NCBI GenBank assembly: GCA_047601765.1
Contig: JASGIQ010000005.1
Location: forward strand, 8,792-72,791
From: Aquabacterium sp.
GTDB taxonomy: Bacteria > Pseudomonadota > Gammaproteobacteria > Burkholderiales > Burkholderiaceae_C
Direction of reading: 5' to 3'
Length of the DNA stretch: 64,000 nt
The notes under the pieces were generated by a model. It saw only the letters and a program-made list of their open reading frames with translations, searched no databases and was not told where the DNA came from. Position numbers and translations under genes: made by a program. Positions within the stretch are counted from its first letter, which is position 1. Every line of letters starts with the position of its first letter. Below, piece by piece: positions 47,321 through 58,095 of the stretch.

Positions 47321-49212
47321 TGGATCCCGGCCTGCTCAAGCTCTACAACCAGGAGCTCGCGCACCTGCGCGAGATGGGGGCGGAGTTCGCGCGCGAATTC
47401 CCCAAGATCGCTTCGCGGCTGACGATGGACGGCCTGGAGGTGGCCGATCCGTATGTCGAGCGGCTGATGGAGGGCTTTGCCTTCATGGCTGCCCGCACGC
47501 AGCTCAAGCTGGAGGCCGAGTATCCCCGCTTCATCCAGCACATGCTGGAGACGGTCTACCCGAACTTCCTGTCGCCCGTGCCGTCGATGATGATCGCGCG
47601 CTTGCAGCCCGATCTGGCCGACCCGGCGCTGGCCAGGGGGTTCAAGCTGCCCCGCCAGTCCAGTGTGATCAGCCAGGTGGCGCGCGGGCAGAACACGCGC
47701 TGTGAGTTCCGCACCGCCCATGAGGTGACGGTGTGGCCGCTGGAACTGGCAGGCGTGCAGTACTTCAGCCACGCCCCGGATCTGCCGCTGGCGCAACTGC
47801 CGATGGCGCGGCAGGTGCGCGGCGGCCTGCGCTTGAAGATGCGCGTGCATGGCGGGCTCAAGGCCGATCAGCTGCCGATCGATCAGCTTGCGTTCTACAT
47901 CAGCGCCCCCGATGAAACGGCGCTGCGCCTGCATGAGCTGCTGACCACTGCCACGCTGGGCACCTGGTTGCCGGTGACGGCGGCCAACGCCCAGGCGCAA
48001 TGGGCGCATGCCGACAGCCTGCAGCAGCAAGGTTTTGCCGATGAGCAGGCGCTGCTGCCCGAGACCCTGCGCGGCTTCTCCGGCCACCGGGTGCTGCAGG
48101 AGTTCGCGGCCATGCCGCAGCGCCTGATGTTCTTCGAGCTGGGCCAGTTGCGGCACCGTGTCGAGCGCATCAAGGGCAACGAGTTCGAGATCGTCATCCT
48201 GCTCTCGCGGGGGGATGCGTCGCTGGAATCGCTGGTCGATGAGACCAGCCTGTCGCTGTACTGCACGCCGGCCATCAACCTGTTCCCCAAGCGCCTGGAC
48301 CGCATCGCGCTCAGCGGCTATCAGCCCGAACACCATGTGGTGCCAGATCGCAGCCGGCCCATGGACTTCGAGGTCTACAGCATCGAAGCGATCACGGGTT
48401 ACGGCACGGGCCGCGTGGCCGAACAGGGCTTTCATCCGCTCTACACCACCTTCCATACCGAAGGCGGCGATCACCCGGCCTACTACACGGTGCGGCGCGA
48501 GCCGCGGGTGCTGTCACAGCGTCAGCGCGAGCAGGGCGCGCGTTCGTCCTACATCGGCAGCGAGGTGTTCATCTCGCTGGTCGACCCGCGCAATGCGCCG
48601 TATCCCGAAGAGTTGCGCCAGTTGGCCGTCACAGCCATGGTGAGCAACCGGGATCTGCCCATGCTGCTGCCCGGCGCCAGCCAGCGCGATGGCGGCGGCG
48701 GCACGCCGGCGTGGATGCTGGATGCGACCGGGCCGATCAAGGGCGTGCAGTGCCTGCGCGGGCCGACGCCGGTGGTGCAGCGCCTGGTGCGCGGCGACAT
48801 CGGCTGGTCGCTCATCAGCCAGTTGACGCTCAACTACCTGTCCATTGCCGGTGAAGACCCGACCAAGGCAGCCGCGGCCCTGCGCAGCCTCCTGAGCCTG
48901 CACGGGCCCGAGGCCGACGCCAGTTGGCGCAAGCAGATCGACAGCATCCGAACGGTGCGCGCGCAGCAGGTGGCGCGGCGCCTGCCGGGGGCTGGGCGCC
49001 TGGCCTTTGGCTCGGGCGTGCAGATCGACGTCGAGGTGGACGACATGGGGCTGCAGCAGGGCAGCAGCGCGGTGTTGCTGGGCAGCGTGCTGGAGCACTT
49101 CTTCGCACGCCATGCGGCCATCAACAGCTTCACGGAGACGCGGCTGCGGTCGGCTTCGCGCGGGCTCATCATGCAGTGGCCGCCCCGCATGGGCCAGGCC
49201 CCCATCATCTGA
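47320..49212 (+). CDS. tssF: T6SS baseplate TssF (630 aa)
   Basis: LYNQELAHLREMGAEFAREFPKIA..DPYVERLMEGFAF..YCTPAINLF..LISQLTLNY..INSF. Start overlaps the tssE stop. Confidence 0.96.
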   Translation: MDPGLLKLYNQELAHLREMGAEFAREFPKIASRLTMDGLEVADPYVERLMEGFAFMAARTQLKLEAEYPRFIQHMLETVYPNFLSPVPSMMIARLQPDLADPALARGFKLPRQSSVISQVARGQNTRCEFRTAHEVTVWPLELAGVQYFSHAPDLPLAQLPMARQVRGGLRLKMRVHGGLKADQLPIDQLAFYISAPDETALRLHELLTTATLGTWLPVTAANAQAQWAHADSLQQQGFADEQALLPETLRGFSGHRVLQEFAAMPQRLMFFELGQLRHRVERIKGNEFEIVILLSRGDASLESLVDETSLSLYCTPAINLFPKRLDRIALSGYQPEHHVVPDRSRPMDFEVYSIEAITGYGTGRVAEQGFHPLYTTFHTEGGDHPAYYTVRREPRVLSQRQREQGARSSYIGSEVFISLVDPRNAPYPEELRQLAVTAMVSNRDLPMLLPGASQRDGGGGTPAWMLDATGPIKGVQCLRGPTPVVQRLVRGDIGWSLISQLTLNYLSIAGEDPTKAAAALRSLLSLHGPEADASWRKQIDSIRTVRAQQVARRLPGAGRLAFGSGVQIDVEVDDMGLQQGSSAVLLGSVLEHFFARHAAINSFTETRLRSASRGLIMQWPPRMGQAPII

Positions 49213-49221
49213 CCGGGGGGC

Positions 49222-50364
49222 ATGAGGATGGACGCCACAGGCCTGCCCGACGATGATCTGGCACCCCCTTCGGTGATGCTGCCGCCGCGCGCGCCCACCG
49301 CGCCGAGCAGCCGCGACCAGCAGGCGCTGCAACACCTGTGGGATGAATTGGCGCGGGCGCCATACGCCCACGATGTGTTCCAGGTGCTGCGCACCGTTCA
49401 GGCGCACAGCCCCAATGTGCCGCGCCTGGGTGAAGGCTTGCGTCCGCGCGATGAAGGCGTTCGCATCGGCCAGGATCCGGAGCTGGACTTTGCTCCGGCC
49501 AATCTGCGCTCGTTCACGCCCTCCGAGACGGGCCAGCCGCCCCGCATCGGCCAGCGGGCGTTCGGCTTGTTCGGGCCCATGGGGCCGATGCCGCTGCACC
49601 TGACGGAATACGTGCGCGAGCGCGCCCGCAGCCATGGCGACCCCACGCTCATGCGCTTTGCCGATGTGTTCCACCACCGCGCGATGCTGCTGTTCTATCG
49701 CGCCTGGGCGCAGTCGCGGCCCGTGGTGCACCGCGACCGGCCGTGGGACGACGATTTCGCGCGCTGGATCAGCGCCTTGTTCGGCCAGTCACCCAAGCCG
49801 TTCCAACAGCGCGATGCCCTGTCTGACGATGCCAAGCGCCTGAACGCGGCGGCCCTGGCGCGCGGCCCGCGCAATGCCGAAGGGCTGATCAAGATCCTCA
49901 AGGCCTACTTCGGCATCGAGGTGCACATCGATCCGGCGGTGGGCCACTGGCTGACGCTGCAGGAAGACGATCGCACGCGCCTGTTGCCCAGCACGGCACC
50001 GAGGCGGAACACGGCGCTGGGCCAGCGCGCGGTGCTGGGCAGGCAGGTGTGGGATCGCCAGTCGCACTTCCGCCTGCGCCTGGGGCCGCTGAGTTACGAG
50101 CAGTATCAGCGCTTCCTGCCTGGCCAGCCGGCCCGAACGGCCCTGCGGGACTGGGTCAGGCAGTACCTGGGCCTGGGCATGTCGTGCGAGACGCGGCTGG
50201 TGCTGCAGGGCAGCGACGTGCCCAAGCTGCAATTGCAGCCACGCAAGAAGGCCGGCGCCGGCACACATCTCGCAAGGCTGGGTCTCAATGCCTGGCTGGG
50301 CCGCCAGGGCCCGCACCCCGATCGTGCAGACATGCGCGTGCGCCTGGAGAGCGCCGCGCATTGA
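49222..50364 (+). CDS. tssG: T6SS baseplate TssG (380 aa)
   Basis: VRIGQDPELDFAP, FGLFGPMGPMPLHLTE, FADVFHHR, LGRQVWDRQSHFRLRLGPL. Confidence 0.95.
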   Translation: MRMDATGLPDDDLAPPSVMLPPRAPTAPSSRDQQALQHLWDELARAPYAHDVFQVLRTVQAHSPNVPRLGEGLRPRDEGVRIGQDPELDFAPANLRSFTPSETGQPPRIGQRAFGLFGPMGPMPLHLTEYVRERARSHGDPTLMRFADVFHHRAMLLFYRAWAQSRPVVHRDRPWDDDFARWISALFGQSPKPFQQRDALSDDAKRLNAAALARGPRNAEGLIKILKAYFGIEVHIDPAVGHWLTLQEDDRTRLLPSTAPRRNTALGQRAVLGRQVWDRQSHFRLRLGPLSYEQYQRFLPGQPARTALRDWVRQYLGLGMSCETRLVLQGSDVPKLQLQPRKKAGAGTHLARLGLNAWLGRQGPHPDRADMRVRLESAAH

Positions 50365-50412
50365 CGGCATGCCCGAACCCCATCGAATCAACACGAACCC
50401 TAGGAGAAGCAC

Positions 50413-53132
50413 ATGGCCGAGATCAGCCGCACCGCCTTGTTTGGCAAGCTCAATCCGCTGGCCTACAAGGCCATCGAAGGCGCCACCGTGTTCTGCAAGC
50501 TGCGGGGCAATCCGTATGTGGAGCTGCAACACTGGTTCCAGCAGATCCTCCACACGCACCCGATTCGGATCTGCACCGCATCGTCAAGCAGTACGACATC
50601 GACCCGGCCGTGCTGGTGGCCGATCTGACGGCCTCGCTGGACCGCCTGCCGCGCGGCGCCACCGCCATCACCGATCTGTCGCCCATCATCGAGAACGCCG
50701 TGGAACGTGGTTGGGTGTATGGCTCGCTGATGTTCGGTGATCGCCAGGTGCGCACGGGCTACCTGCTGGTGGGCATGCTCAAGACGCCGACGCTGCGCAG
50801 CGCGCTGATGTCGATCTCCAAGCAGTTCGAGCGCGTCAAGCTCGATGACCTGACGGAGAAGTTCGCCTCGCTGCTGGCGCAATCGCCGGAAGCGGCGCAG
50901 GGCGCATCCGAAACCGGCGGTGCACCCGGTGAGGCCAGCGATGCCATCGCCCCGGCCGCCATGGGCAAGCAGGAGGCGCTCAAGCGCTTCACCACCGATC
51001 TGACCGAGCAGGCCCGCAGCGGCAAGATGGACCCCATCGTCGGCCGCGACGACGAGATCCGCCAGGTGGTCGACATCCTGATGCGCCGCCGCCAGAACAA
51101 CCCCATCCTGATCGGCGAGGCCGGCGTGGGCAAGACGGCGGTGGTCGAAGGCTTTGCACAGCGCATCGCGCGGGGTGACGTGCCGCCTTCGCTCAAGGAC
51201 GTGGAACTGCGTGCACTCGACGTGGGCCTGCTGCAGGCCGGCGCCAGCATGAAGGGCGAGTTCGAACAGCGCCTGCGCTCGGTGATCGACGAGGTGCAGG
51301 CCAGCCCCAAGCCCATCATCCTGTTCATCGATGAAACGCACACGCTGGTGGGCGCAGGCGGCGCGGCCGGCACGGGCGATGCGGCCAACCTGCTCAAGCC
51401 CGCGCTGGCCCGCGGCCAGTTGCGCACCATCGGCGCCACCACCTTCGCCGAATACAAGAAGCACATCGAGAAGGACCCGGCGCTCACACGCCGCTTCCAG
51501 AGCATCACCGTGGATGAGCCGGACGAGCCCAAGGCCCTGCTGATGATGCGCGGCGTGGCCTCCACCATGGAACACCACCACAAGGTGCAGATCCTGGACG
51601 AGGCCCTGGAAGCCGCCGTCAAGCTCTCGCACCGCTACATCCCGGCGCGCCAGTTGCCCGACAAATCCGTGAGCCTGCTGGACACCGCATCGGCCCGTGT
51701 GGCCGTGAGCCTGCACGCCACGCCTGCCGAAGTCGACGATTGCCGCCGCCGCATAGAGGCGCTGGAAACCGAGCTGGGCATCATCGGCCGTGAAGCCGCC
51801 ATCGGTGTCGACACTGCCGCCCGCGAGGCCCATGCCAATGAACTGCTGGCCAAGGAGCGCGAACGCCTGGCCGCACTCGACAAGCGCTGGCAGGACGAGA
51901 AGGGGCTGGTGGATCGCCTGCTGGCCCTGCGCGCCAAGCTGCGCGGCGCCATCGAGGCCGTGGAAGGCACGAACAGCTCGCTCGAAGCCAAGGGCAGCGA
52001 AGCCGCCGCGGCCGAGAGGCTGCCCAAGCTGACGGATCAGGAGCGCGCCGATGCCCTGGCCGAACTCAAGCAGGTGCAGCAGGAGTTGACCACACTACAA
52101 GGCGAGACGCCGCTGATCCTGCCCACCGTCGATTACCAGGCCGTGGCCAGCGTGGTGGGCGACTGGACGGGCATCCCCGTGGGCCGCATGGCCGCCAACG
52201 AGGTCGAGACCATCCTCAACCTGCCCAAGCTGCTGGCACAGCGCGTCGTCGGCCAGGACCATGCGATGGAGATGATCTCCAAGCGCATCCAGACCTCGCG
52301 CGCCGGCCTGGACAACCCCAACAAGCCGGTGGGCGTGTTCATGCTGGCCGGCACCTCCGGCGTCGGCAAGACCGAAACTGCGCTGGCCCTGGCCGAAGCC
52401 CTGTATGGCGGCGAGCAGAACCTCATCACCATCAACATGAGCGAGTACCAGGAGGCCCACACGGTGTCCACGCTCAAGGGCGCGCCTCCGGGGTACGTGG
52501 GCTATGGCGAAGGCGGCGTGCTGACCGAAGCCGTGCGCCGTCGCCCGTACAGCGTGGTGCTGCTCGATGAGGTCGAGAAGGCCCACCACGATGTGCACGA
52601 GATCTTCTTCCAGGTCTTCGACAAGGGGTGGATGGAAGACGGCGAAGGCCGCGTGATCGATTTCAAGAACACGCTGATCCTGCTGACCACCAACGCCGGC
52701 ACCGACACCATCGCCAGCCTGTGCGCCGACCCGGAGCTGATGCCCGATCCCGAAGGCATGGCCAAGGCCCTGCGCGAGCCGCTGCTCAAGATCTTCCCGC
52801 CCGCGCTGCTCGGCCGCCTGGTGACGATTCCCTACTACCCGCTGAGCGACGACGTCCTGGCGATGATCGTCAAGCTGCAACTCGGCCGCATCCAAAAGCG
52901 CGTGCAAGAGCGCTACAAGGTGCCCTTCACCTACACCGACGAGGTCATCAAGCTGGTCGTCTCGCGCTGCACCGAGAGCGAATCCGGTGGCCGCATGATC
53001 GACGCGATCCTGACCAACACGATGCTGCCGGACATCAGCCGCGCCTTCCTGCATCGCATGCTGGACGGGCATCCGATCACCAAGGTCACTGTTTCCGTCG
53101 GCGAAGGCCAATTCCAATACGGCTTCGACTGA
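50413..53132 (+). pseudogene. clpV: T6SS ATPase ClpV (TssH) with one frameshift near codon 47
   Basis: MAEISRTALFGKLN..YVELQHWFQQILHT, then PDSDLHRI.. continues in another frame (lesion in CACACGCACC, 50551-50560). Two AAA+ modules follow (GEAGVGKT, LFIDE, GTSGVGKT, LLDEVEKA). Confidence 0.88.
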
Positions 53133-53180
53133 AGACCCAGACCCTTTGTCACCCCTGGCCACACACTCAAGGAGATCGAC

Positions 53181-53750
53181 ATGCAACTCAAGCGCAGCGC
53201 CACCGGCCACATTGATCCGGAACAGGCATGGCACGTCAAGAGCGTGGACGGTGAGACCGTCTACATCAAGATGGGCGGCGGCAGCAACAGCTTTGCCCAC
53301 AAGCACCTGATGTCGCCCAGCAAGCAGGACGGCGTCACCGATGACACGAAGGCCCTGCGGCGCCTGTGGCACCGCGTGGACAAGGGCGGCACGCACGGTG
53401 ACAACCCCGATCCGGGCGGCAAGAAGTCGGGCGCCGGCGTCATGTCGCGGGGCAACAAGTATGGCGACGCCCTGTCGATGAAGACCCGTAAGGGCGTGGT
53501 CAAGCCGGCCAGCGAGGTCAAGAACTCGGTGATCTGCCTGAGTCTGCACGACCTGGACTCCGTGCTGGTGGACATGGCCAAGGCCCTGACGGGCTGGGAT
53601 GGCAGCACCACCAAGATCCCCGTCAAGTTCGCCAAGGCCTGCGTCAAGACGGTGGACCTGGCCGGGCACGTGACCGGGCCGATCGATTCGGTGGAGATCG
53701 AAGCGCACAAGATCACCAACGGCTACGAAGTCACCCACCTGTTTGCCTGA
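53181..53750 (+). CDS. Hypothetical protein (189 aa)
   Basis: Strong AAGGAGA RBS and host-like codon usage. No family confidently recognised. Confidence 0.75.
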   Translation: MQLKRSATGHIDPEQAWHVKSVDGETVYIKMGGGSNSFAHKHLMSPSKQDGVTDDTKALRRLWHRVDKGGTHGDNPDPGGKKSGAGVMSRGNKYGDALSMKTRKGVVKPASEVKNSVICLSLHDLDSVLVDMAKALTGWDGSTTKIPVKFAKACVKTVDLAGHVTGPIDSVEIEAHKITNGYEVTHLFA

Positions 53751-53769
53751 GGATGATGAGACATCCGTC

Positions 53770-55125
53770 ATGACGATTGCCAACGAAGCCCATACGCCCC
53801 TGCCCGAGCCGCCGGCCGGCGAACTGACCATCGACGACGCCCTGCGCTACGCGATGCAACTGCACCAGGCCGACGCCCTGGAGGCCGCCGCCACCATCTA
53901 CGGCCGCATCCTGGAGGTCGTGCCCGATCACCCCGATGCGCTGCACCTGCTGGGCATGGTGCGCCACCGCATGGGCCAGTCCGACGAGGGCGTGGCCATG
54001 ATCGAGAAGGCCATCGCGCAGCAGCCGGACTTCGTGGGCTTTCACAACAACATCGGCAACATCTACACCAGCCGGGGCGAGGTGGACAAGGCGCTGTCCG
54101 CGTATGAACGTGCCTCGGCGCTGGCTCCCGAGCACCCTGATCTGCACAACAACCTGGGCGCGCTGTACAAGGCCCAGCGCCGCTTCGAAGAGGCCAAGGC
54201 GGCTTATGAGCGTGCGCTGGCGCTCAACGCCCAGCACATCAACGCGCTCAACAACCTGGGCCTGCTGTATGCCGAACTGGGTGACCGCTCCAACGCCATC
54301 AGCTATTACGTCAAGGCGCTGGAGTTGCTGCCGGGCGATGCCTCGGCGCGCAAGCTGCTGGGCACCACCTACTACGCCATGGGCCGCATCGATGACGCGG
54401 CCGAGGTCTACCGCCAGTGGCTGAGCAAGGAGCCCGATCACCCCACCGCGCGCCACATGTACGCGGCCTGCACCGGCCAGGGCGTGCCCGACCGTGCGGC
54501 CGATGACTATGTCGAACACGCCTTCGATCAGTTCGCGGCCAGCTTCGAGTCCGTGCTCAATGAGCGCCTGAACTACCAGGCCCCGCAGCTGTGCGCGGAC
54601 ATGATGGCGCGTCACTTGCCCCCCGCGCAGCGCCAGTACGTGATGCTGGATGCCGGCTGCGGCACCGGCCTGTGCGGCCCGCTGATGAAGCCCTGGGCGC
54701 AGGTGCTTGCGGGTGTCGATCTCTCCAAGGGCATGCTGGACCAGGCCCAGACCAAGGGCGCGTACGACGACTTGTACAAGGCCGAGCTGACCGAGTTCCT
54801 CACCCTCTCGCCGCGCCAGTGGGATGTGGTGGTGTCGGCCGATACCCTGTGCTATTTCGGCGATCTGCGCCAGGTGGTGGCGGCCGCCTCGGGCTCGCTC
54901 AAGCCGGGCGGCCTGCTGGTCTTCACGGTGGAGGCACTGCCGGAGGACAGCCCGGCGGCGCACCAGATCCAGCCCCATGGCCGTTACGCCCACAGCGCCG
55001 GCCACATCGTCGAAGTGCTCAGCCTGGCGGGCCTGAACCTGCTCGAGCGTGCCGGCGTCATCCTGCGGGAAGAGGGCGGCAAGCCGGTGCACGGCTGGCT
55101 GGTGGCCGCCCGGCAGCTGGCGTGA
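53770..55125 (+). CDS. TPR-repeat plus class I SAM-dependent methyltransferase (about 451 aa)
   Basis: Multiple TPRs (HPDALHLLG, FHNNIGNIY, LHNNLGALY, ALNNLGLLY), then FDQFAASFE..MLDAGCGTG..GVDLSKGML..ADTLCYFGDL. Confidence 0.9.
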   Translation: MTIANEAHTPLPEPPAGELTIDDALRYAMQLHQADALEAAATIYGRILEVVPDHPDALHLLGMVRHRMGQSDEGVAMIEKAIAQQPDFVGFHNNIGNIYTSRGEVDKALSAYERASALAPEHPDLHNNLGALYKAQRRFEEAKAAYERALALNAQHINALNNLGLLYAELGDRSNAISYYVKALELLPGDASARKLLGTTYYAMGRIDDAAEVYRQWLSKEPDHPTARHMYAACTGQGVPDRAADDYVEHAFDQFAASFESVLNERLNYQAPQLCADMMARHLPPAQRQYVMLDAGCGTGLCGPLMKPWAQVLAGVDLSKGMLDQAQTKGAYDDLYKAELTEFLTLSPRQWDVVVSADTLCYFGDLRQVVAAASGSLKPGGLLVFTVEALPEDSPAAHQIQPHGRYAHSAGHIVEVLSLAGLNLLERAGVILREEGGKPVHGWLVAARQLA

Positions 55126-55246
55126 GGAGCGCCCCAGCTTGCCCGGCCTTGACCGGTGTCAGGGACGCCATCGGCTAGATTCGTGATCCTGGCACCCATG
55201 ACTTTCGTCGCTTTGCCCCACTGACGGACTGCGTTCCACTCCTGCC

Positions 55247-57502
55247 ATGCCTGCACCGATCACGCTGAGTTCACCGCTGCCCGCCTCGGACCTGTTCCTC
55301 GAATCGATGAACTTGGCCGAAGGCCTGAGCCAGCTTGGCGGCATGACGCTCAACCTGCTGAGCGAAAAGCCCGATCTCGCGCCCAAGGACCTGCTGGGCA
55401 AGCCGGTGACGGTGAGCATGGCCCTGGCCGACGGCAAGCGCCATTTCCACGGTTACGTCACCCGGTTCGGCATCGGCACGCCCAAGGGACGCTATTTCTC
55501 CTATCAGGCGGAGGTGCGGCCCTGGTTGTGGTTCCTCACCCGCACCAGCGATTGCCGCATCTTCCAGGAGATGTCGGTGCCCGACATCGTCAAGAAGGTG
55601 TTCGACGACCACGCCGGCATCGCCCAGGTCAAGCTCAAGCTGTTTCGCAGCTACCGCCCTTGGACGTATTGCGTGCAGTACCGCGAAAGCGATTTCCAGT
55701 TCGTCACCCGGCTGCTCGAGCGCGAAGGCATCTACTGGTACTTCGAACACAGCGATGGCAAGCATGAACTGGTGCTGGTCGACTCCCTGAGCGCGCATGA
55801 CCCGATCGAAGGCGAGAGCAGCATCCGCTACATCGAGGACCCGAGCCACGCACCGCCGGACGAGGAATACATCAGCCAGTGGCAGTCCTTCCAGCAGGTC
55901 AAGACCGGCAAAGCGGTGCTGACCAGCTATGACTTCGAGCGCCCGTCCACTTCGCTGGAGGTGGACGCCTCGCTCACGCGCCCGCATGACCAGGCCGAGG
56001 CCGAGTGCTTCGACTTCCAGGGCGACTACATCCAGTCGGGTGACGGCAAGCAGTTCGCCGGCGACTGGCTGGACGAGATGCAGTGCCGTCACCACCGCCT
56101 GCGCGGGCAGGGCAATGCCATGGCGCTGGCCGCCGGCCGCCGCTTCACGCTGGCCAAACACCCGCGCGACGATCAGAACGCCGACTACCTGCTGACCCGG
56201 GTCGACATCCAGGCCAGCGTGCAGCTGTTCGATGCGCTGGGTGGCGGCAGCGAGTTCCTGTGCAGCTTCGAGGCCATCCCCTCGGATCAACAGTTCCGCC
56301 CTGCACGCATCACGCCCAAGCCCTTCATGCAGGGGCCGCAGACGGCGGTGGTGGTGGGCCCCTCGGGCGAGGAAATCTTCACCGACAAATATGGCCGCGT
56401 GAAGGTGCAGTTCCACTGGGACCGCTACGGCAAGAAGGACGACAAGAGTTCGTGCTGGGTGCGCGTGTCGCAGCCCTGGGCCGGGCAGAACTTCGGCTTC
56501 GTGCACATCCCGCGCATCGGCCAGGAGGTGGTCGTTTCCTTCCTTGAAGGGGATCCCGATCAGCCCTTGATCACCGGCCGCGTCTACAACGCGCAGCAGA
56601 TGCCGCCCTGGGATCTGCCGGCCAACGCCACACAGTCGGGGGTGCTCACGCGTTCGTCCAAAGGTGGCGCGTATGCCAACGCCAACGCCATCCGCTTCGA
56701 GGACAAGAAGGGCGACGAGCAGCTGTGGATCCACGCCGAGAAGAACCAGGACATCGAGGTCGAGAACGACGAGACGCACTGGGTCGGGCACGATCGCACC
56801 AAGACCATCGACAACGACGAGACCGTGCACGTCAAGCACGATCGCACCGAGACCGTCGACAACAACGAGACCATCACCATCGGGGTCGACCGCACCGAGA
56901 AGGTCGGCAACAACGAGAAGATCACCATCGGCGTGAACCGCACCGAATCGGTCGGGGCCAACGAAGACATCACCATCGGGGCCAACCGCACCGAAAACGT
57001 GGGCGCCAACGAGTCGATCACGATCGGCGCGAACCGCAGCATCAACGTGGGGGCCAGCGAGACGGCCACCGTGGCCATGCAGCGCACGCACACCGTGGGC
57101 GTCAACGAAACGATCGCCATCGGTGCCGCACAGGAAGTGGCCATTGGCGCGGCTCAGACCGTGGCCGTGGGCGCGGCTCAGTCGATCACGGTGGGCGCCA
57201 ACCGCTCGGTGGACGTGGGCTCCGCACTGTCGACCAATGTGGGCAAAGGCGAGAGCCGCAACGTGGCCGACGGCCGCACCACCAGCATCGGCAAGGACGA
57301 TGCGCTCACCGTCGGCAAGAACCTGGTCATCGATGCAGGTGATTCGATCACCATCAAGACGGGCAGCGCCAGCATCACGATGAAGAAGGACGGCACGATC
57401 ACCATCAAGGGCAAGGACATCACGATCGAAGGCAGCGGCAAGATCAACGCCAAGGCCAGCAGCGACATCGTGATGAAGGGCTCGAAGATCCTGCAGAACT
57501 GA
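55247..57502 (+). CDS. vgrG: T6SS spike VgrG with long gp5-type C-terminal repeats (751 aa)
   Basis: CVQYRESDFQFVTRLLEREG, GPQTAVVVG, DKYGRVKVQFHWDR, WVRVSQPWAG, PRIGQEVVVSFLEGDPDQP, and tandem E-x-I-T-I-G-x-N-R repeats at about 56760-57300. Confidence 0.97.
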   Translation: MPAPITLSSPLPASDLFLESMNLAEGLSQLGGMTLNLLSEKPDLAPKDLLGKPVTVSMALADGKRHFHGYVTRFGIGTPKGRYFSYQAEVRPWLWFLTRTSDCRIFQEMSVPDIVKKVFDDHAGIAQVKLKLFRSYRPWTYCVQYRESDFQFVTRLLEREGIYWYFEHSDGKHELVLVDSLSAHDPIEGESSIRYIEDPSHAPPDEEYISQWQSFQQVKTGKAVLTSYDFERPSTSLEVDASLTRPHDQAEAECFDFQGDYIQSGDGKQFAGDWLDEMQCRHHRLRGQGNAMALAAGRRFTLAKHPRDDQNADYLLTRVDIQASVQLFDALGGGSEFLCSFEAIPSDQQFRPARITPKPFMQGPQTAVVVGPSGEEIFTDKYGRVKVQFHWDRYGKKDDKSSCWVRVSQPWAGQNFGFVHIPRIGQEVVVSFLEGDPDQPLITGRVYNAQQMPPWDLPANATQSGVLTRSSKGGAYANANAIRFEDKKGDEQLWIHAEKNQDIEVENDETHWVGHDRTKTIDNDETVHVKHDRTETVDNNETITIGVDRTEKVGNNEKITIGVNRTESVGANEDITIGANRTENVGANESITIGANRSINVGASETATVAMQRTHTVGVNETIAIGAAQEVAIGAAQTVAVGAAQSITVGANRSVDVGSALSTNVGKGESRNVADGRTTSIGKDDALTVGKNLVIDAGDSITIKTGSASITMKKDGTITIKGKDITIEGSGKINAKASSDIVMKGSKILQN

Positions 57503-57504
57503 AC

Positions 57505-58080
57505 ATGAAGGCATTGAACATGGATCCCCAGGATCTGCCGGCGCCCGGCCTGTCACTGGAGGCAGCGGCTGCCGACGCGGTCAGCGTGCTGTCGCCCTTG
57601 CTCGATGGGCGTGCGGCCGCGTCATTGAGCCAGCCGGCGGCAGCACCCGCCCAGGTGCATGGCGTGGTGGTGGGCACCTTGCTGGCGGTGACGGACAACG
57701 GGCTGACACCGTTGGTCGCCTATCCCGGCCAGCCCGGCACGGCGGCGATCCCGGCACGCAGCACGGTGGATCTCTGCGGGCCTCACATCGGGCGCGATGT
57801 GGTGCTGATGTTCGAGGGCGGCGATCCGTGCAGGCCCATCGTCATGGGAGTGATGCAGGGCGCCACAGGCTGGCCGCTGGCCGAGCAACCAGCCACCGTG
57901 GACGTGGATGCCGATGGCCAGCGCATGATCGTGAGCGCTTCCGAGGAGCTGGTCCTGCGCTGCGGCAAGGCCAGCATCACGCTGACGAAGGCGGGCAAGG
58001 TGCTGATCGATGGCACCTATGTGTCGAGCCGATCCAGCGGCGTCAACCGGGTCAAGGGTGGCTCGGTGCAATTGAACTGA
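57505..58080 (+). CDS. DUF6484-like protein of the vgrG cassette (about 191 aa)
   Basis: IGRDVVLMFEGGDPCRPIVMG (gp5 OB-fold-like) and ASEELVLRCGKASITLTKAGKVLIDGTYVSSRSSGVNRVKGGSVQLN. Confidence 0.75.
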   Translation: MKALNMDPQDLPAPGLSLEAAAADAVSVLSPLLDGRAAASLSQPAAAPAQVHGVVVGTLLAVTDNGLTPLVAYPGQPGTAAIPARSTVDLCGPHIGRDVVLMFEGGDPCRPIVMGVMQGATGWPLAEQPATVDVDADGQRMIVSASEELVLRCGKASITLTKAGKVLIDGTYVSSRSSGVNRVKGGSVQLN

Positions 58081-58095
58081 AAGCCGGTTGCCAGG

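Noticed and set aside
50049-50412. 1,027-aa ORF implying an N-terminally extended ClpV
   Set aside because: The extension overlaps tssG out of frame. The true ClpV N-terminus (MAEISR..) is at 50413 in another frame with an RBS, so the long ORF is an artefact of the frameshift.
56760-57300. Periodic DNA repeats resembling a repeat array
   Set aside because: They are in-frame coding repeats of the VgrG gp5-like beta-helix, not CRISPR: the units are degenerate and there are no unique spacers.
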